Shown piece after piece: positions 25,926 to 39,500 of a stretch of DNA of 64,000 nucleotides (positions within the stretch are counted from its first letter, which is position 1; each line of letters starts with the position of its first letter). A model generated the notes under the pieces. That model was given only the letters and a program-made list of their open reading frames with translations, had not been told where the DNA came from and searched no databases. The position numbers and the translations under genes were made by a program. Origin of the DNA: Balanoglossus misakiensis (Eukaryota; Animalia; Hemichordata); contig CM082578.2 in assembly GCA_040954595.2 (NCBI GenBank), positions 9,037,519-9,101,518 of the forward strand, given 5' to 3'.

Positions 25926-28900
25926 GGACGGAAAATCCATGAAATTCATCCAACCACGAGTTTGTCAACTGACAAGAATAGTACTTTATTTAAAAAAACA
26001 CACACACATGGTATATAGGTTGAACGCTCTTACTGAGAAATGTGCAAATTTACTTGACCATTAGCCCGATAGATAACCTTCTCTTTCGAAATAGATATTA
26101 AACGATATGATATGATATGCCACATGATGAAAGATACGATGCAAACAGCGGCTCTGTGGTAACCAATCACAAATTAAAGTAGATTCGTAATTCTATCCCT
26201 GGTATAGGAATCCCCTGGACGACACTGGGATGTATCCATCCCATCTGATAAACTACATAACTAGCCAACTACACGGTCGAATAGAGTACCGGGTCAAGAG
26301 TCTCAGTCTATCCATTCTGTGAACACACTGTGTACCAAGCACACCTACCACGTTTTATATGCACTTTGATTAGAGTTTACTTGTACAGATGTATCTTAAT
26401 GGACCAGAGTCATGCAATTGCGTCTCATTTAAAAGCTATGCGGCTACTATTCGGCCTATTTGCCCCCTCGGAACCTCTGACAGACCTCCAAACTCTCCCT
26501 GACATTACATGTATATCTAATCCCGTGCGTAATTGGCCCCTGATCGTTCTCAGTATCACCAGGCGTATAAATCAACACGATCGTTGTAACTGTGCCTATT
26601 AGCTGTCCATGAGGCTATATATCAAACGCAAACATCGAGTATTAACCGGGTTCGTTTCCCCCTTCGTTCACCGCGTTTACTTCTTTGTCTCATTTTTATC
26701 TAATTATCCGGAGCCACTGCACATACTTTGTAACTGATGTAACCTAATATTTCGTCGCAGCCAGGACCAAATTGCACACCATAATCCACCGGCTCTCCAC
26801 GAATGTAGAGGCCGCGGGTAAAACGTGTTGAGCGACCAAACAGTTCGTTCACACAGTTCGTAGTACTTGCTTGCGATCTACGTCACGTCTGATAAAGGGT
26901 CCGGGGAAAAAGGCATAAATATGTTTTACATCAATAAAACAATATCATATAACTATCGTCTGTGCCCACCATGCGACGCCAAGTGAAACCACATGATGTG
27001 CGCAGACGACAGAATGGTAAAATATGAGGCATTAATGACCCAAGCAATCAAAACGTAGTTGAGTTTCAATTCGCCTCGTATATCAAGTACTTTAGCAGAC
27101 AAAACTGAAGTATCGCCCGTCCAATTGCACAATTAACGTTTTCGGTTCTTCCGTTGATTCAACGTTTTGAGTAAAAGTTGCACAATCGACAACGACAAAG
27201 GAATACACTCATAAAAACCGTCAGAAATTGCCGAGAAAATGACAAGGCACTTGGCTTGTATACTTTTAGATTATTTATCATAAAAGCCGATCAGTAAAGG
27301 GGATGGTTAGTGTGAACACTAGCATTATCTCTGGGCGATTTTTTGAGTAAAGCGCACAATATATAAACAAGTGCATTTTATTGGAACCATATGAAACCAA
27401 AACACGTTGGCTATGTTGGCTGTACAACCTGAGTCTGAGACATTATGTCGACGTTCTTTAAGCGCCCAAAGTCTGACTTTTTGTAGGTCGTGCTGACGTA
27501 GTAATTTAGCCTGCTTGGCAACTGAGCCCAGTCATTAATTGAATCTCCCGGCGTTGCCAAAGTATAATGTGAAAAACGGAGATCGAGCGAGTGCCTCTGG
27601 AAAAAAAACATCAAGGTCACTTTGACCCTGGGCACACTTTACGTCGTGTGTGTGCATTGCACGAAGATGACTGAGCATTGGCCTTCCAGTGTTTATGATG
27701 TAAGGCAGTCGGCCTTTGCGGGGGAGTTTCGCATTTTGAATGCCAACTGTGATTTATCTCCTGATGACTAAATAACGCCATAACGTGTCTGACTGTGAGA
27801 AAGAAAACACCTCTGACAACAAACCATCTTTTAAGCGTTGGCGTTCTTGTGTGACTGTACAACACGGGGAACAAATATCCGCCACTAACAATGTTGAATA
27901 CTTGAAAGCCCATCCCAACAGAGGTCAGTGGCTGTCTCTCATCGTCGTGTGTTGAAGAAAACGAACAAATATGTGCATATTGTGCACACGTGTCGTATCG
28001 TGAGAATGAGACTGGCCTGTACTTGCTTGCACACAGTAAACGCAAAGATATACCGGACCAAAATCTTGTTCATTCCGACTGATACGACGATTGAACGTGC
28101 GTTTTCACAACTTGGCCTATCACGCCGGGATTCGCCGTCAACAATTCGCATATTTTCAAGACTAATGTATCGGTCTTTTCAGTAAATTTCACCGACTCAT
28201 AGCTATGGTTAACGCCCTTTACTTCAACTTTTCATTTCAAAATAAGGGAGTCTTCATTAATACCGTGGGGCGGGCCGGATGAATTAAGAGAGGGCCTTTT
28301 TTGTTTAATTTTTACAAGTGTTGTCACACGTTATTGCAAATCTGTCCATGAGAAGGGTCGGACATTAGGAGTTGAAATGAGCAAAAAAAACTGTTGGTTG
28401 CTCGTTTTCTTGATCATTCAAGATAAGGTAGAGTTCATAACTTTTTGTTGACAAAGATATATTGTGTCAGTCCACTTATGTTTACCAGTGTTTAGATTCG
28501 CGGAGGAGGAGCCGGAGAGCGGTGGTGTCGGGTTTACATATCTTGGGAAGGGCCACTTGCATCAGAAAAAGGGGTCCGCGTTTTGGATGGCCGCATTTTA
28601 CATTACCAACATACCCAAAATTCCTCCCGCCCGCCCCCTCAAATAATAACCGGAGGGTCCCTTAATCAACCCGAAGGCAAATAAGTAGGACGAGGACATT
28701 TCACAGCAGACTCAAGGCGTTCACGGGTGGAGGGTCTCCCTTTTCAGACTTTTAAAACGCGCCAAGGAAAAATGATATCTGTTCCTCTGTGATTTGCCAG
28801 CCAAGCGAGATTCCCACACAATTGTAACAAGATGGTGTGGGTACGGGTGTCTCCTTTGTGTAAAGAGAGACCAACACATCGAGGCTAAAGCTCTGACGGC

Positions 28901-31831
28901 AACGGTGGCTAGTTGGCGGTGTTCACATACATGGAAATCAGTGACCCAGCTCTGTCGATAGTAGGGGTCACATATTCGCACGCTATATTACTGAATCGAG
29001 TTTCACTCGCGGTTAGTAATATGGGCGAGGGCGCAGTACCCCCCCCCCCCAAATCAACAAAGCACACACACAAACCCGAAGATAGTTGTAACAGACAACA
29101 CTAGAACGTATTATGTCATCTTATAAGTGACTCCTATGGGGAAGGGGCGGAAGAAAGGGGTCAATATGTTCACTGTTCAACGGACTCATGGTATTTGATA
29201 TTGACAAAGGAAACCCCCTTCAGATAATTCAAACGCGTTTGATACGTTTGCACTAGTTGCTATTTCGGGCATGTTTTGGCATCAGTTTCCGGAACATTAT
29301 GGAACTACATGTTTTTGTGTAATGTAATATTTCATGGTCAATCGCATGTAAATCGTTCAAGTGAGTGTAGTCTAAACTAACCGACCCGCTATCACTTATT
29401 CTGCGGCTGTCAGTGACACGGTCCACATTCTTGAGAAATTAATGCCTTTAGCTAATGAGTCGTAATCTCAAGAACCCCTCCCCCACACACGGAACGATAC
29501 ATGTTGTAACGAAAGTTAAATTAGTTTTTCTGTAGAGGGCGTGCATCATGGTATGTTTTACAGAAATTAGACGTCAAACTTAAAAATGTGTGTTGACTAC
29601 GAAATGGGCTTTCGAAATTTAAACGCATCCTTTGTAAAATCCGATGAGTTTACATAAGGGCCATTGACCCAGCACCAAAGATCACAGAACGTTTCTCGTG
29701 GCAATGGTTACCGTTAGAATAACTACACTAGAATCCACAGATGACCTATGACCAGTCATGTCGCCGACGGGTTTACAGTAGTTTGGGAACAAGCTGGAGG
29801 GCCATGTGATTTTAGTAACCCGCGAGGAGGTTCGTCATTTTCTCGCCATCATTTGGTCATTCCTGGCAGGATTCGCGTCATTGGCACAGTTACTAGCACT
29901 TGGGCCAGTCACGATGCGATTGTTCTGCCAAAATTCCACCCATAATCCTATGTCAAAAATTGGTTTTCTTAACCCTATATACCGAAGACTACATGTACAT
30001 GTAAATCACCATCTACTTGAAAAGCGCCCTCACACCCATGCGGTTTTAAAGCCACAGAGCAAAACTCCAGGGCTTATGTCGTAACGTTGTCTGTCCCAGT
30101 CTGTGTCAATGCGTGCCCCTCTGTGTGTGTTTACATGTATGTGCCTGTATCATCGATATCTCCAGAACAACTTATCAGATATCAAGAGGACAGGCATCGT
30201 TTTTCAGTGGCAAGAAGAGATTGGGTTTTGGTTGGTGCGGCTTACATATCAATGAAGTTGTCAAAGACTTAATGTTTCTGATATTGGTTGTTTAAATTAA
30301 GCAAAATTAAAATCTTGACAGACATATTATTACTTATTCCATATATTTGTGAAATATCGAATGATTTCGTGCCAGACCGACAGACAGTATGTCTCGATTT
30401 GTAATAGAACGTGGGAGGGCAGTATTTTTTTGTAGTTAAAAAGTGTGGATATATTTATAATGGACATAGATGAGGCAGGAGCAGATGAAGGAACGAGTCC
30501 TTTGGGACAGGTTAAGTCGCAACGAGGGTGGAGTCTAATTTAATACGCTGTGTCCCAGTGATCGTAAAAACTATTCCCAGACTGCAAGCTATAATTAGAA
30601 CGTGTGACTCCTTAAATTGGATGGGAATGTAGAATTAAATTCAACACCGCGCGTGTTGTCTCCGGGAGATATATTGATGTATGCCTCAATTGATGGAACG
30701 TCGACAGCCACAGATCGGATGGTTCACACGAAGGTCCAACTTTAATTATTGAGCAGTTAGAGGTAAGTAGGTCAGGCGTTGAGCATAGAATCGATTTTTT
30801 TCCTTCGCACGTGGGTGTGGGATTCTTGACGAGCATAGAAATAACCCGGATGGGTGTCAAATTGAGGAGCTGTCCTTCATTACTGACCCAGTCGGTCCCT
30901 TCATTGATTATCCAATATCTACAATCCGGCATGAATCCAGCTACAACGTATTAATAGGGCAATCAATCCCACTGTGCTTTGCGCGGGTAACGTCTCGGGC
31001 CCGTCTTATTCACTACACGAAAGAAAAGTAATGCGTCACGACTGCTGGATTTTTATAACGGTTTGCGCCACAAGCGAGCTGGTTGCGTATTATTTTATCA
31101 TTAATAAATAGCAGAAGCCGCAACAGTTTCAGTTCAAAACCGTAGGTGCTAACTTGTCAGTTATACGCCATGTTATAATGTATACATGTACATTGAATGT
31201 CATGCGCGTGCGTCCCGCCATCAGGTGATCAGAGTTGGTCCATAAAATAATATAGCCATACGTTAGACATTACTTTCGACGACATGTATGTATCTTGTAT
31301 AAGTCTATCTCGTATTCTAATCCGAAAGTGAGAATGGATATATCTCAACAACCCAGTCATTATACACAATTCGCAATTGACGAAAGTTTACATCAGCTTG
31401 AAGATTTAATATATCTATTCTTAAAAAGTCAGAGAAGATTTAAAACTTGGTACAAACTATGAAACTTAGTGAAGCGTTACGCGTTATTTTTGTCACGTGC
31501 ATTGCAGACAACTATTATAGCTGAGGCAGTGTAATATGTACACAAAGATGAGCTGCTGGCCATATATGCACAACTATTGGTACTGATGTTCGCTGCACTC
31601 ATTGCATAGGAAGAACCGTACGGTGTCTCTGCTGGCAATGCATGCTGATTGTCAGGATGTGGTGCATCGTTGCTTATCATCAAAGCGTACAGTGAACGAC
31701 AGTGTCCATCCACCGTGCGGCCATGCACAGGTCCTCGACAAAAATAAATAGACGTCCAACTTGACTGAATATATAGAGAATCCGACATCCTCCCACATTC
31801 TGTATGCGGCCAGTACCATGAAACGCGAATC

Positions 31832-32372
31832 TCAAGCCCTGAATCTACTTTCCAGCCACTCTGCCAGGTCTTTGTAGTTTCTCTCCATCCACCGAATGTT
31901 GTCCCTGATTTGGTTTCGAGCTTTATAGAACCCGTTGGTTTGCTCGGGCGGCATGTCGTTGTATGTCCTAGCAAAGTTTTCAAGCTGAGGGAACAAAAAA
32001 CACACCAAAGCAACAGAGTCAGTCACAAATGGATATGATGGTAACGAATGTTTGGCTACCTACTTTCCTTAGGTAGACAGTCTTTTTTTAAAAACTGCAA
32101 GAAGCTCTGTTGTTTTGATCTTACCTCGTCTACTTAGGCAGACAGTCTTTTTTTCATAAGCTGCAAGAGACTCTGTTGTGTTTTTACTTAATTCTTACCT
32201 CGTCTAATTCCTCTTTTGTGTTCATGGTTTGTGCCAAATTCCAGATTATATGGAAAGCTTGTTGTTCATTTCTGTGGAGAGAGGGGAATGAGAGCGTGGA
32301 GAGAGATAGATAGATAGATCTGTATACGTACTATAGAGCCACACTGCTATATTTTTACAGTACCTATATTGC

Positions 32373-32454
<82 letters not shown>

Positions 32455-35400
32455 GGAACAACAACAACAACAACAACAACGACGACGACGACAACTCAAT
32501 CAGTCAGTCAGTCAGTCACTCACTCACTCACTCACTCACTCACCCACTCACTTGAAATATAAATTTGGTTCTCTTACTTGAGACGTAGCGCAGAAAAATG
32601 ATCCACTGCAAATTTCCAAGATCGTCGCAAGCCCAAAGATGAATGTTTTCGAATAAGGTCAATGATTTTGAAAATATTGTATTTGTCGACAGCATATTCC
32701 CATTCCCTCATGAAATCTGGAATAACAGAGTCTTTCCCGGTTTCATTTTGATAAAGTTCAAGTACATCAAGAAGGTATTTGTCGAGTAACCACATTTCGC
32801 GAGTACAGCCGAGACTCGACGTCAGGTCGTGTTTTGTGAAAGTGTCAGTCGTGTTGACGAACGAATCGTAAGCGAACTGCCACTGTTGATAGCCGCCATG
32901 TTTGATAACGGAACACAACACCGGTCTCCTGACGTCCCATTGGATTCTGAAAATGGAAAGGAAAGTCCATCATACATATGTACGCATGTAAGCACATGTG
33001 TGTGCGTGTGTGTGTATTCACTTATGTCTCGATTCGACGCATTGCGCTGAGGCACCGTGCCTGTATATATATTTTTGTTTTATATTGAAAAACTTCTAAC
33101 TTACACATTATACAGGCGAATTAGTCCAAACGTGACCAAATAAGGTTAACGTATGTAGGTAATGACATAATGCGGCAACAACAAGTAAACGGTAACTATC
33201 TCAAAACTTTACCCCGTCTCGCCACCGCTAGCCATCCAAGTTGCATATATTTCTTTTGCTTTGAGTACGCAATCTTCATTTCCATAGTTACAGGACAATT
33301 TGATTGCTTCCAGTTGCAACCTACTAGGGATGAAAGCAAGAAAGAAGGAATGCAGGAAAGAAAGAAAGAAAGACAGTAAAGATCCAGTCAGATTTGTTAT
33401 CAATTATCTTCCGGTTTGAAAGTGTTGTCAGCGCTATTGTAAGATGACGATAACTGAAGATCAACCTTAGGTTTGGCTGGTGGCCGAGAGTTACCACCTT
33501 GGTATGAAACAAATATACTGAAGAATGTAAAGTACATACTATTGGATCATATTGTCTCTTCTGAAATCCCAACCAAATTTGGAGTACACTGGCTTAATCA
33601 ACTCGCGAAGGAACGCCTGTGAAGAAACAAATGACACACCGTATGGGCGGACAATATTCGAGAATTGAGAACTGTTTGTTTAAAGTAGATCCTGACATAT
33701 TTAAAAAAGAAAATCTTGCGATAACGTCAGGCTACGTTTGCTCCATATTGGATCAGTAATTGATCCTTGACAGAAATATCTGGAAATTAACCACAGGTTT
33801 TTTGGAGGCTCAAATGTTTACCTCGAAATATCCGTACGTGGGCGTGCTCTGCAACATGTGGTCGACGTACTCTAGTTTTTGGTCTGCCGCCTTCCACGGG
33901 GAGAAATCCTCTTCGGCTCTGAGGTAATCAATCACTTGAAATGCCACAACGGCCCCGATATCGCCAGATCTCGCGAGACTGAAGGAATCATAGATCAAGG
34001 CAGCTCTGTTCTCAGCAGGCAGCTTCGTGTGATCAGTCTGAAGTTGTTGTATTAATTTGTGCCAATTGTCCGCATCGTAGTTGATCAAGTAATAGCCATG
34101 TTGATATATGTTAGCGAGAATCCAATCTGCCGTGTTCGCTCCGTCCAGATGTAGAATGGTACCTACAGCCAAAGGGGACGGTAACAACATTAACGGAAGC
34201 AACATTAAAGCGGAAAACATAAAGACCCGCAGAGCAATCATCTCGTTGCCTGAAGTTATTTTTCCGTGTCAGCGAATCTCACACACGGTGCAGAAGTGCC
34301 ACGGACAAAATGCCAAAGAAACGACCCGTAAGTAATACAACGAGAGTGTATGTGGCACTGTTGTTTCCGCGCTAACGGCAACTGGCTTGAATACACACGC
34401 AGGGTACACCGGTTCGAGTCCCCTGCGCGGTCGGCATTTTAAACTCTGTGAATTACACAGGCATGGCTGTTGAGTCGCGTTATCGTTGCACATGTGTATT
34501 TCCTGTATGTTCTTCGATATGCCACATTTCTTTGCTGTTTCTTCTTATATTTGTCATGTTTTGTCCATTTATTATGCACATAGTGTGATATTCCATGGAA
34601 TCCAGTCGTGCCGTTAATGTCAAACGTTTGCCCCATTTTCTATAATTGCACCGTACTGAACTGAGGCTTTGTTATGCTTTGTATGTGCACGTTTGTTGAG
34701 TGACCGTGTGAACGTGTTATGGCTTACGGCCGCATTGATTCATTGTGATATGGTGTACCTCATTACTCTTCGACAATAAATCGGATTCGACACGTTGAAA
34801 ATGTTACGGCCACTATTATTACACGTTAGAAGCGCCGTGTTTACATCAACCCACTTCTACGGGATTTACTTTATCTCTTTGTGGTTCTGTCTATCCTTTC
34901 TTATTTAGTTTACTGGTCTCTGTGTACCCAGTTTTCGTTCTGCAGACCACTGCACTTTAAAACTTCACTATGATCTTGACCTTAAAGATGGCGATGGGGC
35001 CTTTATTTTTGCTTCTCCTATTTTATAGAATCCTCTCTAAATTTGTTTTCACCGTAATTGTTTTCATTCAAATCTAAAACAAATGCGATTAATACCTACT
35101 TTTAGATGTTTTATTCATCCACGTCAATGACGGCTTCTCAAGCGGCAAATCATCTGAGCCGGAGTGCACATACGTCAAAGGAATATGCCAGGTGTATCTG
35201 TAAAAATTGGGAGAGAAAGGGCGTGGCACCAAATCGTCACTCATACAACAGGTATGACTCAAACATTGAAACGATTCGAACCCGCGTACTCCGGTTTGTC
35301 TTGCAGTGTGCGATCATGATGTATGTCTAAAGAAGGCAAATCTTTTCCCTACCCTGTGGGAGAATCGCTACTATCCAACAAAAAGTGGCGCTGCTCTGCC

Positions 35401-36473
35401 GTTGCCGTGGTTACACCGGTGCGCTTAATGTTGACCACGGGATATCCAAACTGGAGCAACCAGGGATCCATGACTTCCTTGACGTTGACCGCGTTTCCAA
35501 AATTTTCGGCACTCTGCAGGAAACACAGAAGAAGGCGAATTAGTCAAATTCTAGCGGTACCCAGTCAACGAATGTCAATTACTATATATATACCCATTAA
35601 AATGAGATGAGACAGACACACCGACGAAATCGGATGTGCTGTTGGCAAGTGCATCATTAACGTTTCTTTTTGCAAATTATCCCCGGGCATTCTTTGTTCA
35701 GGTCATTGTACCATTCGTTAGAAGGTGAATCGAAGTGTTATATACATCTGATTTAAAAAGTCGCTGTCATGAATTCAATGCATATTCATAGTTTCGTTTG
35801 TCGCATTGCGCTCTATTTGACCTGGCGTTTGCGGTCAGTGCGCAGGCGTCCGTGTACAAAATGTAATTGGTTTTTTCCATTTTAAAATTTGGAAGTCCAC
35901 GTGTATGCCTCCCCGTGTTTTTTACCCAAGCAGTTGCTGGAAGGAAGGTGGATACGACGCCCAAGTACATGTAAGTTTTGAATATGTCAATGCGTTAGTG
36001 AAAGTGGACGGTAGTGCGAATCTGAGGGGATATGATGATGGATTTTGATGGTAAACTAGCCGCCGTCGTGAATGAATACCGTTCCCTTTGAACCGGTTGT
36101 TCGGGAACTCTCGGTTGAGTCGCGGCTTCTCGTGACACGTAGCTCTGAATGAATATACAAACATCACTGTTTCTTCCCTGTCATTAAAATTATCGAACGT
36201 AATTGCCATTGCAAATATTTCACAGATGGTATTTTGTCGTTTCGTGAATTACTGACAAAAGATATCAGAGCTTTCTTTTCTGACAATAAAATATCTTGAA
36301 GATTCAAAGTGTCTCTTGGTGGCAAGCAAATTTTCCTCACGCCGTGACAGTCGCAATACAACCTTACACTGTATAACAGGTTGTTTCGCGACATGTCAAG
36401 TTTGCCCGCCATTCCCGCCAAAACAATGTACTTATTCTGTTCATGTGCTTGGGAGAAGCCGTATATACTATGT

Positions 36474-36523
<50 letters not shown>

Positions 36524-39500
36524 GACATCCTAATACCGCACCCTCGTCATTTCGTGCCAGACATCGTCCGTGGTTGCAACATCGTAATTGTGTCTCTTGA
36601 GATACCGTCTCATAGCGTCGTACATGGCGCTGTCACCCAGGAAACTGCGCATCATCAGAAGCACGCTTCCGCCCTGCAGAGAAAAGCAATTAAAAGTCAC
36701 AAAACCTGCATGGAGTCAAATCCTGCAGACATTACTGCGCGCCAAAGTCTGCCATTTCCTGTCTTACTTTTTTACCTGCAAAATTAGTTTAGACCAACAA
36801 ATGCATTGTATAAGCTCGTATTCATTACGAAATATTGTGCAATCGTTAACTAATTTGATATGCACCTAAGAAATTGAAAGTATATTTTATGATATTTTAA
36901 AAATGCTAGTATTTTACAAACAACAACGACGACACCGAAGCAGTACTCACATAATGGATTGGTTATCAGTAACATTTTTTGCCACAGAAAATTATTATAG
37001 ATAGCTTACCCGTTCATAAACTCTACTGTCAAATTGTTCTAGCAAGTCATTATTCCAGCCAACGCCAGGTTGAATGGTCGGATGGGAATCTGTGTCAGCG
37101 TCCGTATCAAGCGCTCTGTGGATCATCAGGCTTGGGCGAAATTGGCTATACTGAAACAGAACGGGAAGATGTGAGCCATGACAGGCAACCAATGTGTATC
37201 ATAGTGTATTTTATCGTATCGTATCTAATTGTATTGTATTGTAGTGTAGTGTACCATACGCACACAGAAAATGAATGGATTCTTTTTTTTTAATTCAACA
37301 CCAATTGCAAATTGTTCAAATAAACTCTATATATCATTTTCGCTTACGACATTCCATTCTGGGAAGGCTTTGTGGAGAGTTGGGTATTCAAAGTAGGTTG
37401 CAAAGCCTTCATTGAGCCAAGATTCTGACCACCACTGCATAGTCACAGTGTTACCATACCACTGAAATCAATGAAAGACAGCAATGCAATGAACTTGATC
37501 CTTTCTAAATGTCTGTAATACACAGCACAGTATGCATTTCACGTATTATACAATCCACGTCAGCAATTTGCATGGGTGTTTTATTCAAAATTTTGAAGAC
37601 AAAAAACACTTTTTTCATGTAAACTATTCCCCTTTTCGTGTTCTTTTGAGATGATAACTCGTCAGCATTGAAAAAACGACGCTGAAAGCCAGTTGCATAT
37701 CTTTGGAAATTTGTTTTCACAGGGTTGTGTACAATGTATGCATGGCCACAGTGGATATTCCTACCATATGAGCCACCTCGTGGCAGACGATCCTTGCATT
37801 CGGCATAGCCACTATCGGCGAGTGAGCGTCCGGGTCGAACAGCATAGCGCGCTGTGCATAGATGACCAGTCCCCAGTTTTCCATGGCGCCGAACTGAAAG
37901 ACGGGAACTGCTACCATGTCTGTGTGAAAAAACACACAGATATAAATGTGCGAGAACGTTGAAGGTGTCGAAACACGAATCGTGGGCCTTGCAAGGTGTT
38001 CATACGTTGGCGTCATTTCCGACATATTTCTGACAATGACCTCTGACCTCGATGAATCTGTTCGTAATTAACATTTGCGCCGTTACTAATTCACCCACAC
38101 CATGGTTTAATCGTGATGTACACCATTTCATAGAAAGGAGACGTCATAATTACCAACGCACATCATTAAATCTGTAGGTGGTGTGAACGGGACATCGTGC
38201 GTCTAATCACGTGACTAATGAGACTCGGGAGGTCGATTCATCTTCTCCGTCGCCCGGTGACGCGTCAGCGACACCGCTGATTGTATTTTCCGGAAAAGTG
38301 GTTTTGCATGTGGGTCCTGGAAATATTAACGGCTTCCTTCGACTAGGACTATGCTTTAAATTACCGAACTAGAGAGGATCGCATCTGCAGCTTACAGTAT
38401 CTGACGCGTCACACTCTTTGCAATTATAGCGCGCTTTTTGAAGTCCGTGTGTTATCCATTAGTCTTGGACAAAGTATCCCCACATTCGGTGTAATTGCAG
38501 GGAGGCATGCTTTGCGCGGTTAAAGATCTTTCTGGGAGTCAAATTTGCCTATAAAAAGCTGCAATGACCCAATGCTCTGAACGCGGCAACGATCAATTCC
38601 TTTCTGCCGCTGAGTATATGCGACAGAGTTAAACAATATTTTTCATGGCATTTATGTTATTAGTTCAATGCAGCAAACGCCTTACATGCAGTATACCCAG
38701 CGTGGTAATTACGCAAAGAAATGGCTTCAAGTTCTCATGCAGTAAAGGTTTAATAAGAGCATTGCTCGGTATTCGGAGGCAGTACACGTGCATACAGCGA
38801 ACAGACATTGCGACGGCACAGACGTGTCAATGCACAACGCCTCCCCGACACAACCGTGATAACTTAGACGTCTGAGTGTGAAAATGTTCGCCGACATTGT
38901 GTTGTCTCATCTCGTAGTTCCCCCTATACCTACCGAATTTCGTTAGCGGATAGTCTATACCCAGGAGACCTTCCATGTACTCCAGCGTATCCACACCAAC
39001 ATCCAAGGCAAAGTGGGTTTGGTTAATGTTAGCCTCCTGTGCCCAAACCCTAAACTGAACATAGAGGTGTGAGTTAAAGCAGAGAGGAAATAGTTCTCAT
39101 GAAAAGATAGACTGTAGCTCATGTGCATAAAAATAAAATTATTTATGTTATATCATACATGTAATATACCCCTGCTGATGATCAGCTGGGTTTGCGACAG
39201 GGGCAAATTCATCACTGGCCCTTTTACAAATTTATAGCGAAACGCTGGGTTGTAGACATGAACTTGAACGATGTCAGTTGATTTTTTTGATGATCCTTTT
39301 TCAAATCGACAGAGCGCAGGTCTGCTCTTAAAGGGAAGAAAATATATCGTTTGGCAAGATTTACAGTTAAGAGCTTATGTGCTGTAAGTTGTAGCACGTA
39401 TACTAGTATTTCACTCGTACTAGTTTCGCAGTTTATTAGTAAACCGTTTTTATAAGGAACTGCACAACGTCCTTCGTTGACTACGTAATCGAGTGTTAAA

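Noticed and set aside
30612-30932. 106-aa intergenic ORF between peptidases C and B
   Set aside because: No recognisable motifs or clear splice context.
32246-32581. PolyQ and polyL ORFs
   Set aside because: Translations of an intronic (CAA)n microsatellite.
34365-34440. Genuine tRNA gene
   Set aside because: Only a B-box and T-arm-like stem are present, with no acceptor, D or anticodon arms.
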